64,000 bases of DNA from an uncultured Chloroflexia bacterium (GTDB lineage Bacteria; Chloroflexota; Limnocylindria; Limnocylindrales; CSP1-4), in NCBI GenBank assembly GCA_963783135.1, contig CAWAMH010000006.1, positions 21,792 through 85,791 on the forward strand, in the 5' to 3' direction. The position numbers and the translations under genes are program-made. Numbering within the stretch: position 1 is the stretch's first letter; each line of letters starts with the position of its first letter. This document shows positions 20,448 to 30,355 of this stretch, piece after piece. The notes under the pieces are model-generated. The model did no database searches. It was not told where the DNA came from and saw only the letters and a program-made list of their open reading frames with translations.

Positions 20448-21632
20448 ATGACGGCGACCTCGGTCGTCTGCCCGGAATGTGGCAGCCCGGTCGCGCCCGG
20501 CCGACTGTCGTGTCAGTCGTGCGGGACGCTCCTCGCCTCCGTGGTCGGCTCGGACCGGCGACGGACATGGTCGGCGACCTCGTCGGCACTGCCCGAGATC
20601 GACGAGGACGGCCCGCTCGCCTCGTCGCTCCTGCTCGAACCGGCTCCGCCTGCCGCCCCCGTCGCCACCGAGATCGCCCAACCGGCACCGGCCCCGAAAC
20701 GTGGACCGCGCCGCCTGAGCCGGCCCAAAGCCGCGCCGAGCACGGCACCGGCCAAGGCGCGCTACGTGAAGAGCCCGCCCGACGACGGACCACCGCCGCT
20801 CGACCCGACCACGCTGTTCGGTCCGGTCCCGAGCGTCGCCCCGCCGATCCTCCATGACTGGTCCGACGAATCCCCCGACCTCCATGACGCCGATGCCACC
20901 GCCGCCGCAGTCGCGGCGGCAGCGATCCTGACGCCGAGTGCGACCGCGACGGCCGCCCGCCCCGCGGTCCGGCAGCAACGGCCGCTGGCAGCCCCGCCCG
21001 AGCCGCGCCCGGCGGGCGCCACGTCGGTCCCGGGTTCGTACCTGGCCCCGTCGGCGACGTATGCCGCACCGATCTCGCGCGGCGCACCGCTGCTGCCCGT
21101 CGCCCCGGCGGCGACCGCCTGGCCGAGCCAGCGTCCGGCTCCGGTCGCTCCGAACGGCAACGGGACGTACGCTCCAGCCGCCGCGGCCGCCGCGCCGGCC
21201 GTCGCCGCCGCCCCGGCGGAGGCCGCCCCGTCGCGCGGGCTGGCCGATTGGGTCACGCTCGGTGGCTCTGTGCTCGTCATCATCAGCTTCCTGCTGCCGT
21301 GGGCGACCGACGGGGTCATCGGTTCGCGCGGGACCGGCTTCACCGCGGATTGGGGCCTGGCCAACCCGGGCCATCTCATCCTGATCGCGGCCGCCGTCGC
21401 GGTCCTCCTGCTCCAGGCGGTCGCCAACCCGGTCCCGGTCTGGATCCGTTCGGCGGCGCTGCCGCTGCTCGTCGGCGGGATCCTCACCGGCCTTGCGTTC
21501 GCCTACTACGCCCGGCCGGCCGGCGGAGGCGCCGGCGTCGCCGTCCTGCTCGCCGGCGCCCTGCTCCTGATCGCCGGTGGGGTCCTCGCCAGCCGTCCGC
21601 AGCGCAACGGATCGCGCGCGCCGAGCGTCTAG
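20448..21632 (+). CDS. Zinc-ribbon membrane protein: N-terminal CPECG...CQSCG, a Pro/Ala-rich linker and a C-terminal 4-TM domain
   Basis: GGAGG ribosome-binding site 7 nt upstream of the ATG. Zinc-ribbon motif at the N-terminus. The C-terminus has hydrophobic helices (WVTLGGSVLVIISFLLPW...). Confidence 0.5.
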   Translation: MTATSVVCPECGSPVAPGRLSCQSCGTLLASVVGSDRRRTWSATSSALPEIDEDGPLASSLLLEPAPPAAPVATEIAQPAPAPKRGPRRLSRPKAAPSTAPAKARYVKSPPDDGPPPLDPTTLFGPVPSVAPPILHDWSDESPDLHDADATAAAVAAAAILTPSATATAARPAVRQQRPLAAPPEPRPAGATSVPGSYLAPSATYAAPISRGAPLLPVAPAATAWPSQRPAPVAPNGNGTYAPAAAAAAPAVAAAPAEAAPSRGLADWVTLGGSVLVIISFLLPWATDGVIGSRGTGFTADWGLANPGHLILIAAAVAVLLLQAVANPVPVWIRSAALPLLVGGILTGLAFAYYARPAGGGAGVAVLLAGALLLIAGGVLASRPQRNGSRAPSV

Positions 21633-21730
21633 ACCTCGCGCCCGCCCCTGCTACACTGCGCCGGACGCACCGGCCGTGCCCGCCGGGTCGCCGCTGATGG
21701 ACCACGCCGCGGGAGGCAAGCACCAGGCGG

Positions 21731-22390
21731 ATGGATCAGATCTTCCAGCAGGTCGGCTCGACGATCGGCGGGTTCTTCGGGAACCCGGCCGTGCAGTTCG
21801 CGCTCCAGGCGGCCGCTGTCTACGTCGTCGGCCTCTGGCTGGCGTCAGCCTATTGGGCGTTCCGCGACCTCCAGGGTCGGACCGATAATCCGGTCGCCCC
21901 GTACCTCGCGGCGACCCTCGTCATCCTGTTCACCCCGGTCTTCTTCGTGCTCGCGGTGATCATCTATCGGATCGTCCGGCCGCACGAGCGGATCGGCGAT
22001 GTCAACGAGCGGGCATTGGCCGAGGAGGCCCTGCTCAACGAGGTGGAATCGGTCCCGCACTGCCCCGGCTGTCATCGCCGGATCAATGCCGAGTGGCTCA
22101 TCTGCCCGGCCTGCCGGACGCGGCTCAATCGGGTCTGCCCGAACTGCAGCCGGCTCGTCGGCCTCGACTGGTCGCTGTGCGCGTGGTGCGGCAAGGACTT
22201 CGAGCGTCGTGAGGTCGCCGCGGCCTTCTCGGCGCCGCGACCTGCCGTCGTCGTCCAGCGGACCGAGACGCCTGCTCTCGCACCGCCGACCCAGCTGCCG
22301 ACCGCCCAGCCGCGCGCCGCGGCGGCCTCGGCCACGAACGGTCGGGCACCGCAGCGCAAGACGGGCATCCGGGCGACGCGCCAGCCGTAG
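21731..22390 (+). CDS. Double zinc-ribbon membrane protein: two N-terminal TM helices, then CPGC...CPAC and CPNC...CAWC
   Basis: Two TM helices followed by two C-x2-C pairs, characteristic of the double zinc-ribbon family. Confidence 0.5.
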   Translation: MDQIFQQVGSTIGGFFGNPAVQFALQAAAVYVVGLWLASAYWAFRDLQGRTDNPVAPYLAATLVILFTPVFFVLAVIIYRIVRPHERIGDVNERALAEEALLNEVESVPHCPGCHRRINAEWLICPACRTRLNRVCPNCSRLVGLDWSLCAWCGKDFERREVAAAFSAPRPAVVVQRTETPALAPPTQLPTAQPRAAAASATNGRAPQRKTGIRATRQP

Positions 22391-22414
22391 CGCAGCGGAT
22401 CCGATCCCGGAGCG

Positions 22415-23493
22415 TTGACCGAACCTCCCGACCTGCCTCGACCGGACGGGTCACCGGACCTCCGGGCGCCGACCCGCGAGGCGGAACCATCCGCCGAGCT
22501 GGCGGAACGCCGACCGACTCCGTCGGACCCCGGCGGTCCGACGGCCGGGTCTCCGGACGTTCTCGCTCGAGGGCCGGGCGGCCCCCGGGCTGTACTTCGT
22601 CGGCTGGCTCGGGACGATCCTCGGCGGTGCCCTGCTCCTCGTCGCCGCGCTCGCTCAGCCCGGTGGGGCCGGCGGGCTGGTCCTCGGGGTCGGCGGCGTC
22701 AGCCTGCTGGCGATCGGGCTCGTCGCCGCGAGCGGTGCCCAGGGCATCGACCGGCGGGCGCGTGACGATCTCGCCTACCGCGGCCCGTCGCCGTTCCTCG
22801 TGTTCGCGGCCAGCGTCCCGCTCGTGGTCGTCGCCGGGTTGCCGTTCGCGATCATCGGTCTCGAACCGGACTCGCCGACGGCTGCACTCATCTCCGTCTC
22901 GATCACGGCTGCGATCTGGATCGGCCTCGTCGGGCTGACCGTCGTCGGCGTCGGTGCGCTCCGCTGGCGGGACATCCTGGTCGGGTTGGCCGACGCGCCG
23001 GTCGCTCGGGTCGCCGGCGACCTGGTGATCGGCGCGGCCGCGGCGTTCCCGGTGCTGCTGGCGACGAGCGTACTCGCCGTGATCGTCGTGTCGCTCGTCG
23101 GCGTGTCGCCCGGATCCGCCGATCGCGGTGCCGTCGGGTGGATCGGGCCTCGCCATCGCGCTCATCGCGGCAGCCGTCGTCGCCCCGATCAGCGAGGAGA
23201 TCTTCTACCGGGGCTTCGCGACCACCGCCTGGCTGCGTGCGCTCGGACCGACGTCGGCGATCGTCCGCGGCGGCCTGTTCTTCGCCGCCGTCCACGTCCT
23301 GACGATCGGCGGGTCCGCGTTCGAGCCGGCCGTCCGGGCGGCGATGGTCGGGTTCGTCGTGCGCATCCCGATCGCCCTCGCGCTCGGCTGGATCTTCGTC
23401 CGGCGCCGGTCGCTCGCGGCGTCGATCGGTCTCCACGCTGCCTACAACGGGATCGCCGTGCTCATCACGGCCGCGACGATCGGGTCCCTCTAA
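22415..23493 (+). CDS. CPBP-family intramembrane metalloprotease (CAAX protease/Abi-like), interrupted by about 2 frameshifts near 22560 and 23110
   Basis: The C-terminal segment (ORF 23128..23493) carries the CPBP motifs ISEEIFYRGF, FFAAVH and HAAYN. Upstream TM helices are in frame 0 (ORF 22800) and a disordered N-terminus is in ORF 22415. Confidence 0.6.
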
Positions 23494-23702
23494 GCGCCTG
23501 CCTCGCGCTCGCCCCGGTGGGGCCTGGCGGCCGCCGCCACCTGGATCCGTCCACAAACGCGCCGTGCAGCCGCCGATGAGCCTCCGCGAAGCGCCCCTCG
23601 GTAGGGTGACCGTGTTCCCGGGTCCGGATGGCGGGGGAGATCGGCGGGCTCCCGTCGTCCGGGTCCGGGGACGCCCACGCTCCACCCGCTCGGAGGTCGA
23701 CG

Positions 23703-24467
23703 ATGGCCGGCCAGCGCAGCGACCACCTCGCGCCCGACGCCGTCGTCGATCGGGCGACCGCGGGCGATCCGCGAGATGCCGCGCCGACCGAGCGTCCGCG
23801 CGAGCGACTCGCGCTGCGTGGCCCGGGGGGTCTGACCGCCGCCGAGCTCATCGCGCTCATCTGGGGCTCCGGATCGCGCGGCGTCAGCGCCGTCGACCTG
23901 GCCGAGGAGGCCCTGACCCGGCACGAGGGTCTGACCGGTCTGGCCCGGGCGACCGATCTCGAGCTCGAGTCGATCCCGGGTGTCGGCTCGGCGAAGGCCG
24001 CCCAGCTCGCTGCGGCGTTCGAGCTCGGCCGACGTCTGCTAGCCGACTGGCCGTCCGGGCGCTGGACGATCCGCTCACCGGTCGACGTCGCCGATCGGCT
24101 GATCCTCCAGATGGGCCGTCTGGAGCGCGAGGAGCTGCGGGCCGTCCTGCTCAACACGAAGAACGTCGTGCTGCGGGTCGCGACCGTCTACCAGGGCAAC
24201 GTGTCGTCGAGCCTCGTCCGGATCGGCGAGCTCTTCCGCGACGCGGTCCGGCTGAACGCCAGCGGGATCATCCTCGTCCACAACCATCCGAGCGGCGACC
24301 CGACCCCGAGCCCCGACGATCTCCACCTGACGGCCGAGGCGCTCGCTGCGGGCCGGCTGCTCGACATCGACCTGCTCGACCATCTCGTGATCGGCCACGA
24401 CGCGTATGTCTCGCTGCGCGATCGCGGCGTCGTGTTCGACCGGCCGGGCCGCGCTCGTGGGCCGTGA
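23703..24467 (+). CDS. radC: RadC-family JAB/MPN-domain protein (UPF0758)
   Basis: Helix-hairpin-helix N-terminus and the JAMM motif HNHPSGDPTPSPDD. GGAGG ribosome-binding site upstream of the ATG at 23703. Confidence 0.85.
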   Translation: MAGQRSDHLAPDAVVDRATAGDPRDAAPTERPRERLALRGPGGLTAAELIALIWGSGSRGVSAVDLAEEALTRHEGLTGLARATDLELESIPGVGSAKAAQLAAAFELGRRLLADWPSGRWTIRSPVDVADRLILQMGRLEREELRAVLLNTKNVVLRVATVYQGNVSSSLVRIGELFRDAVRLNASGIILVHNHPSGDPTPSPDDLHLTAEALAAGRLLDIDLLDHLVIGHDAYVSLRDRGVVFDRPGRARGP

Positions 24468-24482
24468 CGGGCGGTGCTCGGC

Positions 24483-25539
24483 TCAGTGGAGCGGCAGTCG
24501 CCAGACCGAGCTGACATCGTGGGCGCTGATCCAGGCGGCCGTCGCGTCGGCGGCCACGCTGCCACTCCCGGCCGGCGGGCCGTAGCGCTCGACGACCGTA
24601 TCGGTCGCCGGGTCGATCCGGGCGACGAGCGAGTCGCTGACGCGGACCCAGACCGACCCGCCGCCGACCGCGATGTCACCGCCGTCGATCGGGCCGTTGC
24701 CCGACCGGGATCGTGGCCACGACCCGGTTCGTCTTCGGATCCACGTGCGATACGGATCCGTCGAGCTGGTTCATGACCCAGATGCCGTCCTCGCCGACCG
24801 CCAGGAAGCGCGGGACCTGGCCGACGGCGATCTCGGCGACGACCGAAGCGTCCGCCGGATCGAGCCGAAGGAGCTTGCCCGCCGGGGCGTCGGTCAGCCA
24901 CAGGCCGCCGTACGCCGCCCGGATCGCGGCCGCCCCACGGGGTTGATCGAAGGTCGCGGCGACCGTGTCGGTGGCCGGGTCGATCTTCACGATCTTCGGG
25001 TCGGCCCCGTCGGTCAGGACCCAGACGCCGCCTTCGCCCGCGGCCACCGACGACTCCTCGCGCAGGTCGCCGCCGGCGGCGATCGGGATCGTCGCGACCA
25101 CCTTGGCCGTCACCGGGTCGATCCGGACGATCGACGGCGCATCCCCACACGAGCCGACCCACAGCGCATCGAAGCCGATGTCCATCGCCAGGCAGATCGC
25201 CCCGGGCACGGCGACCGACCCGAGGAGCTTGCCCGTCTCGCCGTCGAGCCGGCCGACGCCGGTGCCGACCCCGGCGGCCCAGGCCGATCCGCCGGCCAGG
25301 ATCAGCCAGTCGGGCTGCCCGAGATCGCCGATCCGGGTCGCTCCGGCGGCCGCGATGTCGGTCACCGGGACGAGCGCGACGGTCGGCGACGGCGCGTCGG
25401 TCGGGAGGCTGGATGCGATCGTCGCCGGTCCGCGACTCGCCGGGGGTGAGCTGGCGATCCCGCCACTCGCACAACCGGCGACGACCAGCGAGACCGTGAC
25501 GACCCCGACGCGGAGTCGCCACGTGCGAGCGATGGCCAT
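24483..25539 (-). CDS. Lipoprotein with a YVTN/NHL-like beta-propeller repeat domain; apparent frameshift near 24700
   Basis: Lipobox LVVAGCASG. Repeated ~40-aa units (VVATIPI..., VVAEIAVGQVPRFLAVGEDGIWVMNQLDGSVSHVDPKTNRVVATIPVG). The C-terminal repeat continues in another frame (GNGPIDGGDIAVGGGSVWVRVSDS...). Confidence 0.55.
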
Positions 25540-25676
25540 CGGTCCCCTCTCGTGACAGCTGGTCCCCGGCTCGATCGGTGCGCGCCAGCGGTCCGCCCCG
25601 CGCCTGATCGTCGCGCTAGCCTAGCGTGGCGGCGTGCCCCGGCGAGCGGGCAGCGCGATCGATCGGAGGGCGGCCT

Positions 25677-26240
25677 GTGGTCACGTCGATGGACCTCATC
25701 CTCGGGACGTTCATCGTCGGCGGTGTCTTCGTCGGCTGGCGGAGCGGGCTCGTGGCCCAGCTCATCGGCCTGTTGATGTTCCTCGTCGCGTTCGTGGCCG
25801 GCGCCTATCTGCGGGAGCCGATCGGCAAGGTCGTGGCCGCGGTCTGGACGACGCTGCCGCCGGCGTACGCCGAGATGGTCGGCTACGGCATCGCGTTCCT
25901 TGTCGTGTTCATCGTCGGCAACATCGTCGTCGGGCGACTCTACGGGCAGGTCCGACTCGCGGGCGTGTCGCAGATGGCCGACCAGGCCCTGGGGGCGGTC
26001 ATCGGTGGGTTCGTCGCGGCGCTGCTCGCCTCGGGTGCCATCGCCATCCTCGACACGTTCTACGGCCAGCCGAGCCAGCTCGGGCGGACCGCCGCGGGGA
26101 TCTTCATCCTCGAGTACGTCCATGACGGGCTGAAGGACTCGTGGGTCGCCGACGTGCTCCGGTCGACGACGGTCCCGGTGATGCTGACGATCCTCGGCCC
26201 GATCATCCCCAAGGACATCAGCCTCCCGTTCCTCGAATAG
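25677..26240 (+). CDS. cvpA: CvpA-family membrane protein (colicin V production protein)
   Basis: GGAGGG ribosome-binding site plus a GTG start. Four TM helices and the length match CvpA/DedE. Confidence 0.65.
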   Translation: MVTSMDLILGTFIVGGVFVGWRSGLVAQLIGLLMFLVAFVAGAYLREPIGKVVAAVWTTLPPAYAEMVGYGIAFLVVFIVGNIVVGRLYGQVRLAGVSQMADQALGAVIGGFVAALLASGAIAILDTFYGQPSQLGRTAAGIFILEYVHDGLKDSWVADVLRSTTVPVMLTILGPIIPKDISLPFLE

Positions 26241-26248
26241 GCGCCGGT

Positions 26249-26296
26249 CGGGAGCCCGGAGCCCGCCGGGTATACTGCTCGGGCTCTCCCGCCGGC
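26249..26296 (+). terminator. Possible stem-loop between cvpA and mreB (GAGCCCG...CGGGCTC). It also contains a TATACT -10-like hexamer.
   Basis: 7-bp inverted repeat with a 14-nt loop immediately after the cvpA stop. No U-tract follows, so this is weak evidence for a terminator. Confidence 0.2.
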
Positions 26297-26369
26297 TCGG
26301 CCGCGCGTCCCGCCTCCTCGGCGGACGGCCGCGCGACGCCAGCCTCATGCGAAGGACCTGCCCCGCACC

Positions 26370-27428
26370 ATGCTCGATCGGATCCTCGGCTACTTCTCCC
26401 GCGACATCGGGATCGACCTCGGGACCGCCAACACGCTGGTCCATGTCCGGAACCGCGGGATCGTCATGAGCGAGCCGAGCGTGGTCGCGATCGAGGCCAA
26501 GACGAAGAAGGTCCTGGCGATCGGGGCAGAGGCGAAGCGCATGGTCGGCCGGACGCCGGCCAACATCATCGCGGTGCGCCCGCTCCGCGACGGGGTCATC
26601 AGCGACTTCGACGTGACCGAGCAGATGATCAAGTACTTCGTGAACCGGGTCCACGACCGGGTCGGGCTCATCCCGCGACCGCGGATGCTGCTCGGCATCC
26701 CATCCGGCGTGACCGAGGTCGAGAAGCGGGCGGTCCGCGATGCCGCGCTCAACGCCGGCGCGCGCTGGGCGCGGCTCATCGAGGAGCCGATGGCCGCGGC
26801 GATCGGCGCCGGCCTGCCGGTCAGCGAACCATCGGGCAGTCTCATCGTCGACATCGGCGGTGGCACCACCGAGGTCGCCGTCATCAGCCTCGGTGGGATC
26901 GTCGTCGCCCGGAGCATCCGGATCGGCGGTGACGAGATGGACCAGGACATCGTCCTGTTCGCGCGGCGCGAGTACAACCTGTTCCTCGGCGAACGGACCG
27001 CCGAGGACATCAAGATCGCGATCGCCTCGGCCTACCCCGGCGAATGGGATGCCCAACGGGTCATGCTCCGCGGCCGCGACCTGCTGACGGGCCTGCCCCG
27101 CAGTGTCGAGGTCGGCGCCGACCAGATCCGCGAGGCGATCGAGCCGTCGGTCCAGCAGATCGTCGACACGATCAAGGACACGATCGAGGAGACCCCGCCG
27201 GAGCTCGTGGCCGACATCATGGACCAGGGCATCGTCCTGGCCGGTGGCGGCGCATTGCTCGCCGGGCTCGACCAGCGCATCGCGGAAGCGACCCAGATGC
27301 CGGTCCACATCGCGGACGACCCGCTCACCTGCGTCGCACGCGGGACCGGCATCGTCCTCGAGCAGCTGACGAACCCCGCGATGCAGCGCGTCCTGGTCGC
27401 CGACACGTACGCGCGGGCGCCGCGCTGA
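26370..27428 (+). CDS. mreB: Rod-shape-determining actin homologue MreB
   Basis: Full-length conservation: DIGIDLGTANTLV, phosphate-2 motif DIGGGTTEVAVISLGGIV, and GIVLAGGGALLAGLD. Confidence 0.95.
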   Translation: MLDRILGYFSRDIGIDLGTANTLVHVRNRGIVMSEPSVVAIEAKTKKVLAIGAEAKRMVGRTPANIIAVRPLRDGVISDFDVTEQMIKYFVNRVHDRVGLIPRPRMLLGIPSGVTEVEKRAVRDAALNAGARWARLIEEPMAAAIGAGLPVSEPSGSLIVDIGGGTTEVAVISLGGIVVARSIRIGGDEMDQDIVLFARREYNLFLGERTAEDIKIAIASAYPGEWDAQRVMLRGRDLLTGLPRSVEVGADQIREAIEPSVQQIVDTIKDTIEETPPELVADIMDQGIVLAGGGALLAGLDQRIAEATQMPVHIADDPLTCVARGTGIVLEQLTNPAMQRVLVADTYARAPR

Positions 27429-27441
27429 TCCGGGATCGTCG

Positions 27442-28383
27442 ATGACCAGCCTGTCCAGCGACCGGCTCGCGCGGCGCAGGACGATCCTGTTCGGCGGCCT
27501 CCTCGGGATCAGCGTCCTGCTCATGGTCGTCTCGTCGACGGCCCCGGCGGTCGAGCTCCAGCGGGGCGTCGAGTTCGCATTCCGGCCGATCCAGAGCGGA
27601 CTCGATTCGATCGCCCGCGGCGTGTCGGGGATGGTCGAGACGGTGACCGAGATCGACACCCTCCACCGCACGAACGAGCAGCTCGCCCAGGAGAACGCCA
27701 GGCTCGCCGCGGAGAACGCCCGGACGAAGGAGCTCGAGCGTCAGAACGAGCTGCTGACCGCCCTCCTCGAGGTCAAGGGCTCGCTCGGGTTCGACACCGT
27801 GACGGGCTCGGTCGTCGGCCGCGAGAGCGCCCAGTTCCGGCGGGTGATCACGGTCGACGTCGGGGCGGACCACGGGGTCAAGGAAGGCGACGTCGTCGTC
27901 GGAGCCGGTGGAGCGCTCGTCGGTCGGGTCACCGGTGTGACCGGCAACTCGGCGACGATCCTGCTGATCAACGACACGAGCTCGACCGTCATCGGCCAGC
28001 TCGGCGCCAACCAGGCGACCGGCTCGATCATCGGCCAGCTCGGCGGCGTCCTGATCATGGAGAACATCGACTCGGCCGAGCGGCTCCAGATCGGCGACAC
28101 GGTCACGACCGCCGGCATCGATCTCGGTGGCGGTGTCCGCTCGCCGTTCCCGAAGGGGATCCTCGTCGGCAGCGTCGTCGACGTGCTGCGCGATGCGAAC
28201 GCGGTGACCCAGACGGCGTTCATCCAGCCGGCGACCGACCTCGAGCGACTCGAGTACGTGCTGATCATCACCGACTACCAGGGCGGTCTTCCACCGGTCG
28301 ACCAGCAGCCGATCCCATGTGCGTCCGGCGGGACGCTGCCCGAGGGCGAGCAGCCCTGCGTCACCGTCACGCCGAAGCCGTGA
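27442..28383 (+). CDS. mreC: Rod-shape-determining protein MreC
   Basis: N-terminal TM helix, a coiled coil (LAQENARLAAENARTKELERQNELL) and a C-terminal beta domain. Gene order is conserved after mreB. Confidence 0.85.
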   Translation: MTSLSSDRLARRRTILFGGLLGISVLLMVVSSTAPAVELQRGVEFAFRPIQSGLDSIARGVSGMVETVTEIDTLHRTNEQLAQENARLAAENARTKELERQNELLTALLEVKGSLGFDTVTGSVVGRESAQFRRVITVDVGADHGVKEGDVVVGAGGALVGRVTGVTGNSATILLINDTSSTVIGQLGANQATGSIIGQLGGVLIMENIDSAERLQIGDTVTTAGIDLGGGVRSPFPKGILVGSVVDVLRDANAVTQTAFIQPATDLERLEYVLIITDYQGGLPPVDQQPIPCASGGTLPEGEQPCVTVTPKP

Positions 28384-28409
28384 CCGGGAGCGGACCCGGT
28401 CCGCGCTGC

Positions 28410-28415
28410 TACGCT
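28410..28415 (+). promoter_or_regulatory. -10-like TACGCT ending 8 nt before the rmlA ATG; the rml operon may be leaderless
   Basis: Hexamer position relative to the ATG at 28424. Confidence 0.25.
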
Positions 28416-28423
28416 ACCGCCCG

Positions 28424-29191
28424 ATGAAGGGCATCGTCCTGGCCGGTGGGACCGCGACCCGGCTCTATCCGCTGACGATCGTCACCAACAAGCACCTCCT
28501 GCCGATCTACGACCGGCCGATGATCTACTACCCGATCGAGACGCTGGCCGGGATGGGGATCCGCGAGGTGATGGTCATCGTCGGCGGCAAGAGCGTCGGC
28601 GATGTCGTCGAGCTGCTCGGCGACGGCTCGACGTTCGGGCTCGACCTGACCTACCGCTACCAACCGGGCGCGCTGGGGATCGCCCACGCGATCGGGCTGG
28701 CCCGCGGGTTCGTCGGCGACGAGCCGTTCTGCTGCGTGCTCGGCGACAACATCCTGCGTGGCCCGGCGCTGGAGCCGATCGCTCGCGAGTTCACCGCGGG
28801 CCCGTGGGGCGCGGGGACGCTCCTCTACCGGGTCCCGGATCCCGAGCGGTTCGGGGTCGCCGAGCTGGACGCCGCCGGCAACGTCGTCGGGTTCGAGGAG
28901 AAGCCCGAGGCCCCGAAGAGCGACCTCATCCCGATCGGCGTCTACTTCCTGCGTCCCGATGCCTTCGCGGTCATCGAGCGGCTCGCGCCGTCCGGGCGGG
29001 GTGAGTTCGAGATCACTGACGTGCTGAATCACTACATCCCCGGCGGCGGGCTGTACAGCCGGGTCTTCGAGGGTCACTGGACCGATGCCGGGACGGTCCC
29101 TAGCCTGCTGCGCGCGGCGGAGCTCGCCGCCGAGGATCACGCCAACGGGCTCCTGGCGGATCCGCCCCAGCGGCCGATCGAGGGATCGTGA
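28424..29191 (+). CDS. rmlA: Glucose-1-phosphate thymidylyltransferase (short form)
   Basis: MKGIVLAGGTATRLYPLT signature at the N-terminus. Length of about 255 aa. Confidence 0.85.
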   Translation: MKGIVLAGGTATRLYPLTIVTNKHLLPIYDRPMIYYPIETLAGMGIREVMVIVGGKSVGDVVELLGDGSTFGLDLTYRYQPGALGIAHAIGLARGFVGDEPFCCVLGDNILRGPALEPIAREFTAGPWGAGTLLYRVPDPERFGVAELDAAGNVVGFEEKPEAPKSDLIPIGVYFLRPDAFAVIERLAPSGRGEFEITDVLNHYIPGGGLYSRVFEGHWTDAGTVPSLLRAAELAAEDHANGLLADPPQRPIEGS

Positions 29192-30354
29192 CGGACGCCG
29201 CCTCCGCGCAGCCGTGGAGCGCGCCCGGCGTGCGGCTGCTCGTGACCGGCGGAGCCGGGTTCATCGGGTCGTGCTTCGTCCGGGAGGTCCTCGGGCGGCA
29301 TGACGGGACCCGGATCGCCGTCCTCGACACGCTGACCTACGCGGGCAATGAGGCGAACCTCCGGACGGTCTTCGACGATCCCGAGCAGGCCGCCCGGTTG
29401 ACGTTCGTCCGGGGCGACATCGCCGACCCGGTCGTCGTCGCACCGCTCGTCGCCGACGCCGACGCCGTCGTCAACTTCGCGGCCGAATCGCACGTCGATC
29501 GGTCGATCCTCGATCCCGAGGCGTTCCTGCGGACTGGGGTCATCGGCGTCCATGTGCTCCTCGAGGCGTGCCTGGCGGCTGCGCGCGGCGGTCGGCCCGT
29601 GCGCTTCCTCCAGGTGTCGACGGACGAGGTCTACGGCTCGGTCGAGACCGGACGCTCGGTCGAGACCGATCGGCTTGCGCCGCGCTCGCCGTATGCCGCG
29701 GCCAAGGCCGCCGGCGAGCTGCTCGTTCGGTCGTACGTCGTGACCCACGGGGTCGATGCGGTCGTGACCCGCGGATCGAACACGTACGGGCCGTACCACC
29801 ACCCGGAGAAGCTCATCCCGCTGTTCATCACGAACGCGCTCGACGATCAGGCCCTGCCGCTGTACGGCGACGGGCTGCAGATCCGCGACTGGCTGTACGT
29901 CGCCGACCACGCGGCGGGGATCGAGCACGTCCTCCGCCACGGGCGCGCCGGCGAGACCTACAACCTGCCCGGTGGGCTCGAGCTCCCGAACCGCGACGTC
30001 GTCCGGCGGATCCTCGAGCGGCTGGGCAAGCCATGGTCGCTCGTACGCCAGGTCGCCGACCGTCCCGGCCACGACCGTCGCTACGCGATGGACGGGTCGA
30101 AGATCGCCGAGCTCGGCTGGCGGCCGCGCGTCGGCTTCGACGTCGGATTGACGGCGACCATCGACTGGTTCGTCGCGAACGAAGCGTGGTGGCGGGCGAT
30201 CAAGGCCGACGAGTGGGATGCCTACTACGAGCGCCAGTACGGGGCCAGGCTCGCCGGGTCGACGGCCGCGGCGGTCGATCCCGCGGACGGCCACGCGGGC
30301 GCCGGATCCGTCGGGCCGGCTGGCGTCGCCGGGACGCGCGCCGAGGCGGACTGA
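29188..30354 (+). CDS. rmlB: dTDP-glucose 4,6-dehydratase
   Basis: Rossmann motif TGGAGFIGS, the YAAAKAAGE active site and a VSTDEVYG motif. Confidence 0.9.
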   Translation: MTDAASAQPWSAPGVRLLVTGGAGFIGSCFVREVLGRHDGTRIAVLDTLTYAGNEANLRTVFDDPEQAARLTFVRGDIADPVVVAPLVADADAVVNFAAESHVDRSILDPEAFLRTGVIGVHVLLEACLAAARGGRPVRFLQVSTDEVYGSVETGRSVETDRLAPRSPYAAAKAAGELLVRSYVVTHGVDAVVTRGSNTYGPYHHPEKLIPLFITNALDDQALPLYGDGLQIRDWLYVADHAAGIEHVLRHGRAGETYNLPGGLELPNRDVVRRILERLGKPWSLVRQVADRPGHDRRYAMDGSKIAELGWRPRVGFDVGLTATIDWFVANEAWWRAIKADEWDAYYERQYGARLAGSTAAAVDPADGHAGAGSVGPAGVAGTRAEAD

Positions 30355-30355
30355 G

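Noticed and set aside
25362-27671. 769-aa minus-strand ORF opposite mreB/mreC
   Set aside because: Antisense to two universally conserved genes. Nonsense translation.
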